Shown: positions 61,950 to 64,000 of the stretch, piece by piece | Layout of the letters: each line of letters begins with the position of its first letter | Numbering within the stretch: the first letter of the stretch is position 1 | Assembly: GCA_021432655.1 (NCBI GenBank) | Contig: MU271213.1 | Location: forward strand, 1-64,000 | Length of the DNA: 64,000 nucleotides | Direction of reading: 5' to 3' | Source: Atractiella rhizophila | Taxonomy: Eukaryota | Made by a program: the position numbers and the translations under genes | Notes under the pieces: model-generated | Database searches by the model: none | Told to the model about the DNA's origin: nothing | Seen by the model: the letters and a program-made list of their open reading frames with translations, nothing else

Positions 61950-64000
61950 TGCTGCTTTTTGATCTGTTTGACCTATGATCAAAAGCACTTGAGGGGTTCG
62001 TTCCACACATGGGGGGCAAGACTGGTGAGGTGTGTTTGGCAAGAGCAGATGAATAAAGGAGCGTATGAAATCGCCATGGTTCTATCTACAGGGTAAGGTG
62101 CAGAAGCGAACGGGGTCTATTGTTCGTCTTCCAAAAGAGTTGCTGTTATTCAAGTTCACAAACCATTAGCTGTGATCCTCCCTTTCTCGTGGGGTATTGG
62201 TGGCGATTTTACTGCAAGTAATGGTACCCGAAAATGAGTCTCTTCCTGAACAAGTGCCGTTATAAACCTTTGCTCCACAGAGTTCGTTCGCCGATTTTCA
62301 AAGTAAACTGAACGGGTAGTTGTTCAACACACCCGATTTGACCATAAGACTTCTGGAGCAAGTTGTGGTGGGAGCCATAAACTTGAATTGAGTTTGTTCA
62401 AAAATCGCACATTCTTGCAGCGTACATTCAGAAGAAACGACGAAATATTGTCTCTACAACAGAATCTGCGATCACACTTTGCAAAAGTAACATTGTCAAA
62501 CTCCAGGTACGCGAGAGAATCAAACTTTGGGGTCAGCAAGGCAGAAGTCTAATAACGTAAGGGAGAAGTCTTCTAATGAGGGAGACGCCACAGAACAATG
62601 CGACCAGGAACTCTCATCAGAACTTGAGGCTGAGTTGGAAGGGGTAGATCCTAGGCTGGAGCTATTGGATGAGAATGTATCCAAGAGATTCCACGTCTGT
62701 GACACGAAATTGCATTGAGGCACCTGGAAGATCTTCAGGAAATTCATGTGTGAAAGCTGAGACGACGCACCTCTAACCTCTGAATCTCATCGTCAAAGTC
62801 GTCTATGCGTCGGTTCCAATCTTCTTTCATGCAAGCACCCTTTCGACATTTATTCATCAGACTGCCACTACACCTTCAGCCATTGTTGTCTGTTTAGTAT
62901 GTAATCAACTCACTGGATCACGTCCTCTCTCCCCTCTGGCTTACTATATGTTAGCCATGCAAGGTATCGCGTCCCCATCATGTCGAAGAAAGGCAGGAGA
63001 GTGCGTTGCCAAAGATGAGATACGACGACGCTTTCAAGTCTTCCGTGTGCTTTGATTGTCGTGGTTCTAAGCATCCATCGGACGGTATCCATAGCTTGTT
63101 GATCTGCTAACTCTTGCATCTCGGAGGCGAGGCGACGTAGGTAAAGACTTGAAGGAAAGCGCTGATGTGATTCAGTAGCTGCTCTAGACAGAGCGAAGAT
63201 GTATCTTCAGGACAGCATGAGGACCGCAACATAGATGCAAGAGAAGCTTACGCGCAGGATATCCGCTCTATGATCCAAGAAAGCAAAATTCCCTCCTCTC
63301 CAGGACTTCTGCGGTGCACAAAATTTCCAAGACTGCTGCCTTGATTCCGCCAGTCATTGACGGTTTTGTGGATGTTGACTAGCTGCGTAATGACAGATTC
63401 CACCTCCTTCATCGCCAGCTTGGAACAGTCATGACGGGCGAGAGCGCATGCGCGCAACATGGCCAAAAGGTTCATCAGGAAGGCGAACTGCAATGGAACA
63501 GATTGGTCGGTCGAAAGGAAGTGTAGTGGGTCCAGCAGAAGTTCGGGAGAGAATGGAAGGTCTGAAAGATATTCTTCAATCTCTATGGTCGATAAGATGG
63601 GCGCTTCTCCCGAATGAGCATGAACAACATGGTCGAAGAACTATCATAGTCGTGTTCAGCACAATCAATGGGGTCCTGGTGTTCAAACCCACAAAGACAT
63701 AGATGAAGCACTGGCTAAACAGGCGCTCTTTCTGCTCAGGTTGCAAGGTCGGCTTGTAAATCGATTTGAAACGGGATAGTGCGCTCTTGATAAGCTGTTT
63801 CGACGTGTGCAGATCCTCAAGATGGAACCGCATGAGAAGAGAGAAGATTTTGGCAACATCCTCCTCAAACTTTTCCAAATTTTCCTGATTTGCAGCTTTC
63901 GACTCGATGATTGAGCCTTGTCCACGAGTGATCATGAATCCACTCTGTCATGTGATCAGCTCGGGTGTGGGGTATTGGGAAAGGATTTCGCTTACATTGC
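61950..64000 (-). pseudogene. Decayed large intron-poor coding region of unknown family, running off the window
   Basis: Chain of minus-strand ORFs (63576-63935, 63248-63493, 62910-63119, 62520-62747, 62324-62539) with protein-like composition, broken by stops and frameshifts. Confidence 0.35.

Overview
Intron-rich eukaryotic DNA with short (~45-65 nt) GT-AG introns and several AAG acceptors. The gene content points to a basidiomycete fungus; finer placement is inference only. Apparently intact genes: two tandem DUF6533-type membrane paralogs, a BTB/POZ protein, an MFS monocarboxylate transporter, a GPI-type 5'-nucleotidase, a DNAJC7-like TPR/J co-chaperone, an SNG1/DUF3533 protein, an F-box/LRR-like protein, a sugar porter, a patatin-like protein, EMC6, SFH1/SNF5, an uncharacterised GNAT-like protein, a TPT-family transporter, an M20 carboxypeptidase, a CCDC137-like protein and a CHY zinc finger. 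About 27.5-48 kb is a rearranged accessory block. It holds an orphan intron-bearing SMC3 hinge/coiled-coil fragment, a TSD-verified solo LTR splitting an LRR pseudogene, two inverted and complementary broken HMG-box copies around a GH55 pseudogene, and a truncated Ty3/Gypsy element facing an oppositely oriented solo LTR of its own family. Best novelty candidates: a highly structured 438-nt DNAJC7 intron with two H/ACA-like modules, a probably inactive membrane-anchored patatin, a bacterial-looking GNAT-like gene, and the gene-fragment mosaic. Exon boundaries were inferred by eye.
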